From Kiritimatiellia bacterium (lineage in GTDB: Bacteria; Verrucomicrobiota; Kiritimatiellia; RFP12; DVOR01), in the NCBI GenBank assembly GCA_017558005.1, contig JAFYWN010000014.1, forward strand, positions 17,902 to 81,901: a stretch of DNA of 64,000 nucleotides, written 5' to 3'. The notes under the pieces are model-generated. The model saw only the letters and a program-made list of their open reading frames with translations, made no database searches and had not been told where the DNA came from. Below, one piece after another: positions 16,501 through 26,000 of this stretch (its first letter is position 1; each line of letters starts with the position of its first letter). The translations under genes were made by a program, and so were the position numbers.

Positions 16501-19500
16501 AAACTCGCAGGTAAAAACAACAATCGCAAGATTAAGCTTGTCGCTTGTGCAACAACAGGCGCGGCTTCATACAATTTGACAAATGCGTATTCCATCTTGG
16601 CTTTCTCTGGCGATGTCACGGCGAATACGTTAATAGGTTCGGCAGGTTCGGTGGAATCGAATGCCTCTGGTACGGCGCGTACGGTGACCTTGACGGGTAA
16701 CTCTGATGTGCGCTCGTTGGCGGTCTCGAATGATATTACTTTCGCGGTTACTGCAGGCGAAACGTATATCACCTCAACCACGAAGGCGACTGTGACAGAT
16801 GGCGCTACGGTGAAGGTTGTCCTTACCGCAGATCAGAAGCTTTCGGGTTTGACGTTGGAAAATGTGACTGTTAATGATGGTGGTACGGTTGTCTTCTTGG
16901 ATATTGACGGCACCACTGAATTGAAGTCGTCCGATTCAAATGCTTATGAAGCGGCTCAGACTTCTACCTATACAGTGACGGTTGAAGGTGGTTCTTGGAA
17001 TAAGGACCCTGCAAATGGTGATGCAATCACGATTGCCTTCGGTGATATTACAAACCGTACGCTTGATGAATCGATTTTGCCTCAAGGTGTGACGCATTTG
17101 GCTGGTTTGACGGCAACGGGTGCGAATGCTTCGATCACGGCGGCTTTTGCAGCAATCGCTGATGCGGTGATTATTGAAGATACTTTATCGATTGTGGGTA
17201 CGGAAGAAGAAACCACGGTCGCAGGCGTTATCTCTGGTGACGGTCAGGTGAAGATTGCCGCAGGTAAGGTGAAGTTTACAAATACGAACACTTACATCGG
17301 TGGTACAGATATTGCTACAAATGCAACGCTCACGATGGGGAATGCCAATGCGATTGGCACAACGGGTAATATCACTGGTGCTGGTACGCTTAAGTTCAGC
17401 GGCTTTGTTCCTGCGAACCTGTCGAATCTCACGGTAGCAGAAGGCGGCTGGACAGGTACCTTCTACATGATGAATCGTCCTTCATCGGGTACCTTCCCCG
17501 TGAATGAATGGGGTAATGCGAATTCGACGATTTGCCTTGAAAACTGCTCGGGTTATCTTACGCCTGCAGGGGGGGCAACAATTACCTCCAACTTCCGAGT
17601 GGAAGGCGATGGTTGGCGTTCGCAAAATGGCAATGGTAATGCGCAATTTACCTTTACGGGCGCATTGTCTGGCTCGGGTAAGCTCGAAGTCGCAACAGCC
17701 ACTCCGGAAGCAGGTAATTTCTATAAGTTTACGGGCGATGTCTCTAAATTCACAGGTTATGTGAATGTAACCAATAACCATCGCGTTGTCTTTGGTGATG
17801 CAGATTCTCAGGGTAATGGTAAGATTACCATTGCTAAGAATGTGACCATCGCTGCGCAAAAGACTTGGTCTGCCGTGAATGGTATTGCCATTATGGAAGG
17901 TGCTACGTTGACGGTGAATGGCGCGATTACTGGCGCTATCGCAAATGCTGGCACTTTGATTTATGGCGTTGATACCACCGTATCCAACACTATTTCTGGC
18001 GCAGGTGCGATTCAGGTGGCCGCGGCAAAGACAGTTGATTTGTCTGCCGCAACCTTGACGAACTTCGCAGGTACTTACGCAGTGGGCGAAGGTGCAACCT
18101 TGAAGTTGCCGCTTACTGCAACAGCTAATAAGGAAATCGCTCTTGGCACAGATGCGAAGTTGCTCGTTGTATTGAATGACGAACAAAAGGGCGCAGAGCA
18201 GTCGGTTACTGTGATAGGTGGTTCTGTACAGTTCGTTGATGCCAACGGTAATGTTTTGTGTAATGGCGCTTCTTACTCCATGCCGACTTACATAGTTGGC
18301 GAAGGCTGGACAGGCGCTAACTTGACGGCGAATGCGAATATTACCATTGACTTCGCCGAAACAACAGATCAGACGGTTGATTTAACGGCAATCCTTGGTA
18401 GCGTAACCACGCTCTCGAAACTCACGGTGAAGGGTACGAATGGCGGAACGATTACGAACACGAATTCGACAGTGACGGCTTGCCCGATTGTGGAGGTTTT
18501 GGCTGGCGGTCGCACCAATGTGCCTGAGGCGTTGACGAGCCTCGCCACAACGGTGACAGGTCCCACGGCTGAAGGTTCCTTGCTCTATGTGACGGGTGAA
18601 ACCACTGCGACAACCTCACGTTACCCTTACACGGGCAATCGTCACTTCGAAACGATTAAGTTTACAGACTCTCAATCTGTTGGCGGTGACATTGATGGTT
18701 ACACTGTTGCCAAAGGCGAAACGATTGAATTCTTGCACAATGGTGGCGTTCGCTATCAGACGAGCCTTGTGGTCGATGGTGGTACGATTCGCACAACGCA
18801 AAACACGCACGTTTGGTTAATTGGCGCAGAAAATGCAGTCTTCACATTGAAGGCTGGTGCTGCAGACTTCTCTTCTATTTCCGTGGATAACGACAAGGAT
18901 GGTCTTTTGATTGGTTACATGGACAGTACGCACACCTTTGATATTCAGGGTGGTACGTTGGATGCTTCCAATACGTCCATTGTGGGTTATCAGCCAGGTT
19001 CTCACTATCGTCAGTCGGGTGGTCTCGTGAAGACGAAGGGCTTCCGTCAAAATGGATCGAACTTTACGGAAATGACGCTCACGGGCGGTACGATTGAATT
19101 GGGCTCGGGTGGCCTTCCGAATCTCGGCATGGACAATGCAACCTTCTCGGGCGCGACAATTCATGCTGTGGCCAATAACACGGTTGCTGAAGCTTTGAAC
19201 ATGACGGCTGCGTCGACCTTGTCTGCAGCAGCAGATACAACGATGACGGTCACTTCCACCTTTACGGGTGCCGCAACCTTGTCTATCGCTGGTGCTGGTA
19301 CGGTTGACCTCTCGGGTGCAACGATTCCGAACACGATTGCTCTTAACGTCGCGGCTGGCGCAACGGCAGTAGTTGCGCCAGATCAGGTTTCCACCTTTGC
19401 AAAGGTGACCGTGCCTGAAGGCGCAACCTTGAAGGTTAAGTTAACGGTAGACTGCCTCATTTCGGGTCGTTTGAACTGCACGCTTGGAGCAGAGTCCACA

Positions 19501-22473
19501 CTTGATGGTGCTATTGTTTTGGATGGCATTGAAGGTGAAACGACAACTTTCACCGATGGTGTGCTCTCTGTCACCTTTGCCGCAAATCCGACCCTTACCG
19601 GTAATGCTTGGTGGTGGGACTACGAATTCAATGGTGATGTCCGCAGCACTGGTAGTGATACTGCTCCTTTGGTGCTTGAAGGTGATGGTACCTCTTATGT
19701 GACCGTAGATGGTGACAATAAAGCGCTTTACTTCCAAAAGACGCCTTATCGTGATAATGGTAATGATGTTAAGGCACGTTTCGCAGAGGTTGACACCTTT
19801 ACTGCTGTGATGTATTGCCAGCCAGGTAATCACAACAATGTGCCGCTTGTTGGCTTTGGTTCTACAACGCAGAATGATAAGGTTGCTGTTGTGCTTGCCA
19901 CGGGTGCTGTTGCCGCGGATGGCGAGATGGCGATTATGTTGGTGAAGGGCGACAACCATGTGGTTACCCCTCTTGCAGACAATCTCGTTGTCCCTAATGC
20001 GACGAAGGCATATCACCTCTACGCCTTTACCTTTGATGCTCAGGCAGATAAGACGGTGATCTCCGTGTATGTGGATGGTAAGCTGAAGAAGACCACAACG
20101 GTGAATGAACACTTCCGTGTTTCAAATGGTTTCCAGATTGGATCGATCCATGGTGGTGTAATGACAAACCAGACCGGCTTGTCAAAGTATCCCGACAGTG
20201 GTGACTCGGGTACGATTGACTTCCTCCGTGTAACGAAGGGCCTCCTCTCTGCTGATGCAATGCGTGCTTTGGCAGAAGCTTATCCCTATCATTCTGAGAA
20301 TGGTACGGCGACACGTACGGTTGCTGAAGCTACCGTCAACTGGGTCGCTGATGATACCTGGTCACAGGCAATGCCAAATGCTGACGCCGTTCAACAAGCT
20401 GCTCCGAATAATGGTACAAATGTGACCTTAACAGCAAATGTTGCGACGGAAGTGACGGTTAACCTTACTGAAGCTGTTACTTACGAAACGGTGACGGTGG
20501 TAGGTGATGATGCAGTGACCTTCAAGAAGGGTGAGGCTGCTACGTTTAAAGCTGGCGACATCACCATTGGAACGGATGTGACGATTGAGTATGGTGCGAT
20601 TGACGTGGACACCTTGATTGTGAATGGTGGTAAGACCTTGACCTTTGACTTCACAGGTTATGACTTTAACTCCATCTATGCAAGCAAGACGCTTCCCTTG
20701 ACGGGCCTTGCCACCTTGGGTGAAAATGCTGATGTGGAAGTTGCATTGCCTACATTGCCGGCTTACCTCACTGCTGAATGTGTCTTTGATGCAAACAAGA
20801 GTGAATACGCCTTGGCAATCACGGTCACGGGCACGCTCGCTGCTACGATTGAAAACAATGCCATTACCTGGAAGGTTGGCAACACGGTTGTTACGCCTCC
20901 GGCAGACTTGACAGCAGTGGAATCCATCACGATGACGGTGGTGGGTGACAACTCCGTGGCGTTGACAGAAGACATGACGTTGGCATCTGTTGTCCTTACG
21001 GGTGAAGGTGGCTCGGTGACGTTTGAAAGTGGCAAACTCACGGTGAACAACACCTTGACGATGAATAATGTCAATGTGATGGCAACGCCTGAAACGCTCA
21101 TTGCCGCAGTGGTGACGGGTACTGCTGGAACTGAAACCTTCACGATGCATTCGCAGGCATCTTATAGCCATGAGCAGGCATTTGCAATGCGCTTTGAACG
21201 TTGCGCGCTCACAAAGACAGGTTCGGGTACGGTCCCGATTGCTGTAAATGGCGTTGAATTGGATACGGTCAATGTGACGCTTAAGAATGGTGCGTTGCAG
21301 TTGGCAAGTCGCGGTGGTGATCCTCAAATTAAGGACACGACCTTCACCTATGTGGATGCGAACGAAGATGGTGTCGCTGACGGTGAATTGACCAACTATG
21401 GTTGGATTCACTCGACAACCACAACAACCTTCATTGTTCCCGAAGGTGTGACAGGTCGTGCCGTGGTGGGTAGCTGCCTGACCAATACGGGCGCTGTAGT
21501 GAAGCAGGGTGCTGGTACGTTGGTGCTCGGTATCATGAAGACGAATAACGCAAATCCGTACACGGGCGCAACGACGGTTGAAGCGGGTATGTTGGCGTAT
21601 CACATTGTGAATAACTCTGCAAATCCGTTCGTTATGAGCAGCGTCATCACCGTGGAGGCTGGTGCAGCAATCAAGGGTGTTGAAAACTGCACGTTCGCTT
21701 CGCTCTCCTTTGAAGCTGGTGCTATCGTTGATGCGACGGCTGCCCCTGTGGTGGCCACCGCTGTGATGCTTCCCACGGGAGACGGCGCTAAGGTTGTCCT
21801 CAAGAAGAATGCTTCTGGTGACGTCCTTACGTATACGGGTGATGTTCCTAACATGAACCTCTTCACGACGGCGACGACGCTTGAAAATGCAATGCTCGGC
21901 GTGAAGGTCAATGAAGGTGTCGTGACCCTCGTCTTGACGCAGGTGTCCGTGCCTGAAGTGGTTATCCCGGATGATGCTACGGAAGAAGTACGTGCTGAAC
22001 TCGTAAAGCAACAGGCTGAAGCTGAAGTGGCCGCCCAGGTTGTCGCTGACGCATTGGCCGCAAGCACGGACGAGGAAACACGTACTGCAAATGTCTCCGC
22101 GATTGAAAATCCTGGTGCTGCATCGATTATTGAGAACGCAGATGTTGAGTTGACTCAGAATGAGGGTGAGGAAACTTACACAGCGAAGTTCACCTACAAC
22201 TTTGGTGTCAGCGCCCTCGATGTGGTGAATATCGAAGGCCAGTTGCATGTGGTTATTATGGCTAAATTGGATGAGCAGAATAACCATAGGTTTGCTAATG
22301 GTGTTACGGTGACGGTGACGGATGGTAATAAGGAAATTGCCGAAGCCGTGGCTGTGACCGACATGACAGGCACTACGACAACGCAGTCTCCGGCGGGTAA
22401 TACGCGTTACTTCCGCTTCCCGCTCCCGACGGATCTTGGCACACATTCGTACAAGGTGCGCGCGACAAAGTAA
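13504..22473 (+). CDS. giant secreted repeat protein 1 (2,989 aa): signal peptide, LamG/ConA-like lectin domains, PATR-like beta-strand repeats, conserved C-terminal domain
   Basis: The signal peptide is MKRFLKSFSLLLCSGLFAMTGWA. LamG-type tail motifs are IDEVRAYSSSLTIEEI, IDDLAIWNKVLTSDEM and IDFLRVTKGLLSADAM. PATR-like motifs are TNTNTYIGGTDIATNATLTMGN and NANPYTGATTVEAGMLAY. It is a paralogue of the downstream giant gene. Confidence 0.9.
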   Translation: MKRFLKSFSLLLCSGLFAMTGWAAEPTADWSASFNGDTTCSGLFSGWSGNGDIPAASYVTTPNGSGFIAGTYVPWCDNSGITVANSFAFAVYADLSTVAPNSTIMGVGGAAWNGGSGFTLAKTAKDEVAVVRYGATDTVIARLKSDTIKTSSFMLYTVSIVQNDDSTVVTITAGSDLVTSEDTTKYTPTGNGLQVGACYGDTAYVQIDGVNTTKAANAIIDEVRAYSSSLTIEEITQLLEVFPTVKRPEVIAINFANNAADLGSSGLPTDAIGFEKVVEGVTYGGKVVPAFWTKTTGGVNNDGLDVASTIERQYRLKWSSNANTYQSGSTGTLTEKLTYGYLDNGDSTQNHIELSGLPITGYDVAVILGGDGPNSENAQNNKFSPVKVNGIDYTYDADNNLIQGTTVWGVRCNANALTEGTNVIFVPNQIAPTLLIDTYYKNENGNAGRGTIAAIQVFVHTGKESPVFPPLGEATSYWNFENSIVDANKGVTSWTGDNDATNAYVDSYRKSERGIVYKGAQMSGSLHPYLNGYAWSSEFTIMAYVNVAKCPDNGVLVSSGGATKLRKVNSTTIRFGGPNTYVDAECADLAVGYHLIIATFGNAGLTLQIDNGQVATNASKSTIANGIQIGAEWGGGTHSYNNDGGAVIDDLAIWNKVLTSDEMDLLKACYPAAYLPLSVAADTDASGALSWSEITAVVGNRTTWNVSGEVTISLDADIDPALTALTLIPANASGDKLTVTGAGSLYGDTFALTTDILVDITNQKNNPTITLSGAGNVTIRKGNGSTAGGIAPVANNYTGTFTVDDGQQITRMGGDLTIPFTVGTNGAKLHSNDGNWTVSSKISGSGTLTIASPSRWISVTNNTNDFTGNVVVESGTLYVGNKGSENSGSDAQLGDENSIYTVKSGATFYTHLGGNDKIFAPNITLEDGATFGNRDGHVTYNGDITINGNATYNFYWNKQNTFSGVVSGTGTLMINGPDNEDGTCEIRLTNAANTFTGTYKLAGKNNNRKIKLVACATTGAASYNLTNAYSILAFSGDVTANTLIGSAGSVESNASGTARTVTLTGNSDVRSLAVSNDITFAVTAGETYITSTTKATVTDGATVKVVLTADQKLSGLTLENVTVNDGGTVVFLDIDGTTELKSSDSNAYEAAQTSTYTVTVEGGSWNKDPANGDAITIAFGDITNRTLDESILPQGVTHLAGLTATGANASITAAFAAIADAVIIEDTLSIVGTEEETTVAGVISGDGQVKIAAGKVKFTNTNTYIGGTDIATNATLTMGNANAIGTTGNITGAGTLKFSGFVPANLSNLTVAEGGWTGTFYMMNRPSSGTFPVNEWGNANSTICLENCSGYLTPAGGATITSNFRVEGDGWRSQNGNGNAQFTFTGALSGSGKLEVATATPEAGNFYKFTGDVSKFTGYVNVTNNHRVVFGDADSQGNGKITIAKNVTIAAQKTWSAVNGIAIMEGATLTVNGAITGAIANAGTLIYGVDTTVSNTISGAGAIQVAAAKTVDLSAATLTNFAGTYAVGEGATLKLPLTATANKEIALGTDAKLLVVLNDEQKGAEQSVTVIGGSVQFVDANGNVLCNGASYSMPTYIVGEGWTGANLTANANITIDFAETTDQTVDLTAILGSVTTLSKLTVKGTNGGTITNTNSTVTACPIVEVLAGGRTNVPEALTSLATTVTGPTAEGSLLYVTGETTATTSRYPYTGNRHFETIKFTDSQSVGGDIDGYTVAKGETIEFLHNGGVRYQTSLVVDGGTIRTTQNTHVWLIGAENAVFTLKAGAADFSSISVDNDKDGLLIGYMDSTHTFDIQGGTLDASNTSIVGYQPGSHYRQSGGLVKTKGFRQNGSNFTEMTLTGGTIELGSGGLPNLGMDNATFSGATIHAVANNTVAEALNMTAASTLSAAADTTMTVTSTFTGAATLSIAGAGTVDLSGATIPNTIALNVAAGATAVVAPDQVSTFAKVTVPEGATLKVKLTVDCLISGRLNCTLGAESTLDGAIVLDGIEGETTTFTDGVLSVTFAANPTLTGNAWWWDYEFNGDVRSTGSDTAPLVLEGDGTSYVTVDGDNKALYFQKTPYRDNGNDVKARFAEVDTFTAVMYCQPGNHNNVPLVGFGSTTQNDKVAVVLATGAVAADGEMAIMLVKGDNHVVTPLADNLVVPNATKAYHLYAFTFDAQADKTVISVYVDGKLKKTTTVNEHFRVSNGFQIGSIHGGVMTNQTGLSKYPDSGDSGTIDFLRVTKGLLSADAMRALAEAYPYHSENGTATRTVAEATVNWVADDTWSQAMPNADAVQQAAPNNGTNVTLTANVATEVTVNLTEAVTYETVTVVGDDAVTFKKGEAATFKAGDITIGTDVTIEYGAIDVDTLIVNGGKTLTFDFTGYDFNSIYASKTLPLTGLATLGENADVEVALPTLPAYLTAECVFDANKSEYALAITVTGTLAATIENNAITWKVGNTVVTPPADLTAVESITMTVVGDNSVALTEDMTLASVVLTGEGGSVTFESGKLTVNNTLTMNNVNVMATPETLIAAVVTGTAGTETFTMHSQASYSHEQAFAMRFERCALTKTGSGTVPIAVNGVELDTVNVTLKNGALQLASRGGDPQIKDTTFTYVDANEDGVADGELTNYGWIHSTTTTTFIVPEGVTGRAVVGSCLTNTGAVVKQGAGTLVLGIMKTNNANPYTGATTVEAGMLAYHIVNNSANPFVMSSVITVEAGAAIKGVENCTFASLSFEAGAIVDATAAPVVATAVMLPTGDGAKVVLKKNASGDVLTYTGDVPNMNLFTTATTLENAMLGVKVNEGVVTLVLTQVSVPEVVIPDDATEEVRAELVKQQAEAEVAAQVVADALAASTDEETRTANVSAIENPGAASIIENADVELTQNEGEETYTAKFTYNFGVSALDVVNIEGQLHVVIMAKLDEQNNHRFANGVTVTVTDGNKEIAEAVAVTDMTGTTTTQSPAGNTRYFRFPLPTDLGTHSYKVRATK

Positions 22474-22496
22474 TTGATTGCGTGTAATCTAAAACT

Positions 22497-22530
22497 CAAG
22501 CGGTGGCAGCGATGCCATCGCTTCCTTTTT
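22497..22530 (+). terminator. rho-independent terminator after giant gene 1
   Basis: Hairpin AAGCGGTGGCA-gcga-TGCCATCGCTT followed by CCTTTTTT. Confidence 0.7.
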
Positions 22531-22680
22531 TACTAGGCTGGGGGGAGTGCTAGCGCCGTAGGCGCGGTCGCTCCGCTCCCGCGTGGTTCTGAGTTCTAGG
22601 GGCGGAGTTTTGCGGTTTCGCACGCTTCGTAGATGTGTTGGCTTTTCGTGGGCGTAGCCCTAGTGTTACGAAAAGAGCAA

Positions 22681-22817
22681 CGCATCTCCTAGTGTTCATT
22701 GTGTTAAAACCGCACTAGCATCGCATTCGCTTCGCAGAAGCACGAGCTAGCATCCACGGGGCCGCAGGCCATCGCGCCGTGGTGCGGTCGTGCGCCTCGC
22801 GTAGTTCGCGGAAAAAT
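22681..22817. repeat. about 137 nt conserved upstream element, copy B
   Basis: Near-identical to 13200-13337. In this copy it lies between an inverted pair GGTTCTGAGTTCTAGG (22585-22600) and CCCAGAACTCAGAAC (about 22946-22962). Confidence 0.85.
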
Positions 22818-22988
22818 CCTCCCTGGCAGTGCTTGCTATTCGCAGACGCTCGCTAGACGGAGCACGGATACGTGCCCGTGCGGAGCAGCGAGCAAGACTG
22901 TGCGACTTGTGAAAATCCACACTGGCAGTCCTGCGCCGCAGGCGCCCCCTGGGAACCCAGAACTCAGAACTCAAGTGAGCGCCCCCCC

Positions 22989-23018
22989 TTGACACTTCCC
23001 TTGAAATAAAGGTAGAAT
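22989..23018 (+). promoter_or_regulatory. sigma70-like promoter of giant gene 2 (TTGACA-18-TAGAAT)
   Basis: The -35 is at 22989-22994 and the -10 at 23013-23018. A C7 tract at 22982-22988 directly abuts the -35. Confidence 0.5.
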
Positions 23019-23090
23019 ATCTCCGTTAATCGGGAAAAGCCCTCGGGCTTCTCTCTTTTGGTGTATCCAAAAACAGAATAGGACAACGCT

Positions 23091-26000
23091 ATGAGCAAGT
23101 TCTTCAAATCACTCCTCCTGCTGCTGTCAGCAGGCCTCTTCGTAGTCACAGGATGGGCAGTGACGTTAATTAATCCCAATCCCACGGCGAGCTTTACAGA
23201 CTTTAGCACGATTCCAGCGGGTACTACCACTGAAGCAAAAACGCTTACCAATAATGGTGTAACGTTAACGCTTCCTGTTGGGATTACGAAGAATGACGAT
23301 GGCTCAATCTATTTGAATAACAAATCTGGCGCCAAGGTAACTTTGTCTGCAGAAACTCAGACAATCGCAGTGGTGTTAGATTTGGTAGAAGCTCCAGTGG
23401 CTCCCACGAATCCTGGAAATACTTCTTATACCTTGCTTGTTAATTTTGATTCAGGGACAGACATCGCGGCTGCTTACACAGGGTCTGGTATTCGTGGTGC
23501 TTGGGGTGGGAGTCTTAATGGACGAACTGCTGAAAAGGCATGGACCGCTGAAGCAACGAAGGTATTAGCAGCGACATCTAGTACGGGTGGTACGACGATT
23601 CGTGTGAAAGATAATACTGATGCAAATAAGTGGAATGAAGGTGGCTTAAAAGCACGCGGTAATCGATATCAAGTGATTGACATTGGTCCGACATTAACGC
23701 TTAAAGGCATCTACGTATACGATACGTACCAGGACGATATCCCTTCCTTCACGGAAGTGTCTGCTTATGAACGTACAATTGAAGGTGGCGCAAATTGGGC
23801 TGCGACTGATGCGTGGGCTACGGGTGTGACTAATCCTGAGGCGGGCACGTCGGCAATGTTGAATGTGACAGGTGATGCGACCTTGATGATGAACGAAGCA
23901 TCGAATGCGCTCAATTACATTGAGATTAAAGGTTCCGGTTCGTTGACCATTACGGGCTCAAATACATTGACTGCCGCTTCAACGATTGTTAAGGCAAATA
24001 CAATTGTAGAAACGAGTGCTTCGCTTGGTGCGGTAACGTTGGAAAATGATGCAACCTTGACGGTGAAGTCTTTGAACGCATTTACTTCGATTGCAGGTGA
24101 GGGTACATTGGCGCTTGATCTTGGTGATGAAGCGGATGTTGAATATACGGGTAATTTCCCCACGACGGTAAAACTTTCGTTGCTTTCGGGTTCTTTAACC
24201 TATAAGCATAATAGTGCACATCGTGCGATTAAGGCCTTGAATATCGCAGAAGAGGCAACCTTCGCGGATGTGGCTGATTACAAGTATAACTTGACGATTA
24301 ATGATAAGTTCTCGGGCGCAGGTACTTATCTTGTGAAAGTCCCCACGAATTCGTCGCAGACCGATGGCTGGCGTTATCTCTTTGTGAATGGCGATGCAGC
24401 AGAATTCACGGGTAACGTGAAACTTCAGATTCAACATAACGCAAATCAGAATCAAAATGGTGGTGCTCCTTACCGCACGGGCGTGCGTTTGACGGGTACG
24501 GCCTTTGGTGGTACGGTGACGGCTGAAGCCACTGGTGACGGTGTGACGGATGCTGATTTGGCTTACGCTCACCTCGATATTGATGAATCGCTTACAATGA
24601 CGAAGGCGCAGTCCTTTGCAGGTAAGATTGATGTCGCCTCGGGTAAGACGTTGACGGCCGCTAATGGTGTCACGCTCACGAATGCTGGTAAGCTTGAAGG
24701 TACAGGCACAATTGCTGCACCTTTGAATTATTCTTCTACGGCGGAAACTACTTTTGGAGGCGTGATTTCTGGAGAAGGGACGTTAACTGTTTCCAAGGGT
24801 GTGCTTACGTTGACGGGCGCTAATACTTATGATGGTGCTACAACCGTGGCGTTTGGCGCAAAATTGGTTGCAAATACAACTGGTGCTGCCACATGGGACT
24901 ATAATGATCATGATGCAAATATTGTGGTCAATGGAGAGGTCGAACTGACCTCCACGAACGAATGCTATCGTGGTTTTGAAGGTGCAGGTAAAATCACGGT
25001 TAAGGGCTCGGTGATTTTGGGTAATACGGGTGACTCTGGTTATCTTTCGGGCTTGTGTGCATTTACTGGTACGTTAGTGGTTGAGGCAAATAATACCCTC
25101 ACCTTGAAGACTTGGGGCCAGCAGCATAAAACCACGTTGGCTGCGCTTGAAGCATATGGCAACATTGAAATGAGTCGTAATGGTGGTACTCCAAGCACTG
25201 TAGATATTGAGACTGCACAATTGAAGGGTGTGGGCATTATCAATGTGTCATCTTTGAAGTTGACAGATAATGCAACGATTGATGTGACGGCTGGTGCAGT
25301 TACTGCAACGACGACTGCGACCCTGCCTAATGCATTTACGGTGAAGATTTCTGCAGAGCAGGATGCTATTGGCGTGGTCACTGTGATGACATCGCCCAAT
25401 GTTGTGATTACGGATAAGATCGCAACGGTTTTGATTGGTAAAGATGAAGCCGAATACACCTTGCATGCTGATGCAGCAACGGTTTGGGTGGAAAAGGCAG
25501 GAGTTGAACTGCTTGAAACGGTTGAAGTTACTTTCACTGAAGGTGGTACGCTGGTACTTTCTGATGCTTTGGATGGTAAGGCGCTTGCTCCAAGTGCAAC
25601 GCTCGAGATTAACTTTGGCAACAAGGGCGAGAATGAGCCAAATCCTGGCATCTTTGAGTTTGATTGTGATGCTGCATTCGCTCAAATCACAATCACTGGT
25701 ACGAATGGTGGTACGATTACGAAGACTGGCACGGTTACGGTAACGGCATCCTCTACGACCATTGATGCTGATACAACGGTGAATGCAGGTGCGGCCAACC
25801 TTGGCACGGTGACAATCAACGCTGAAAAGACCTTGACGGTGAAGGAAGATTGGACGAATGTCGCTACGAATGTGCCCACGACTGCAACCAACCTTGGTAA
25901 GATTCGTTTTGAAGGCGGTTCTGCTGAAACACCGATTGTCTTCTCCATGGGTGATGCGGCAAACGGCAATCCTGGTGCGCTCGTGATGGCGCCTGGCGCG

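Noticed and set aside
22150-22470. Assigning the giant-protein C-terminal domain to the type IX secretion CTD because of the G-x-Y/F-x-(V/I)-(K/R) ending.
   Set aside because: The resemblance is only superficial in the last strand. No T9SS genes are in the window and the taxon is unknown. It is kept as an unassigned candidate sorting domain.
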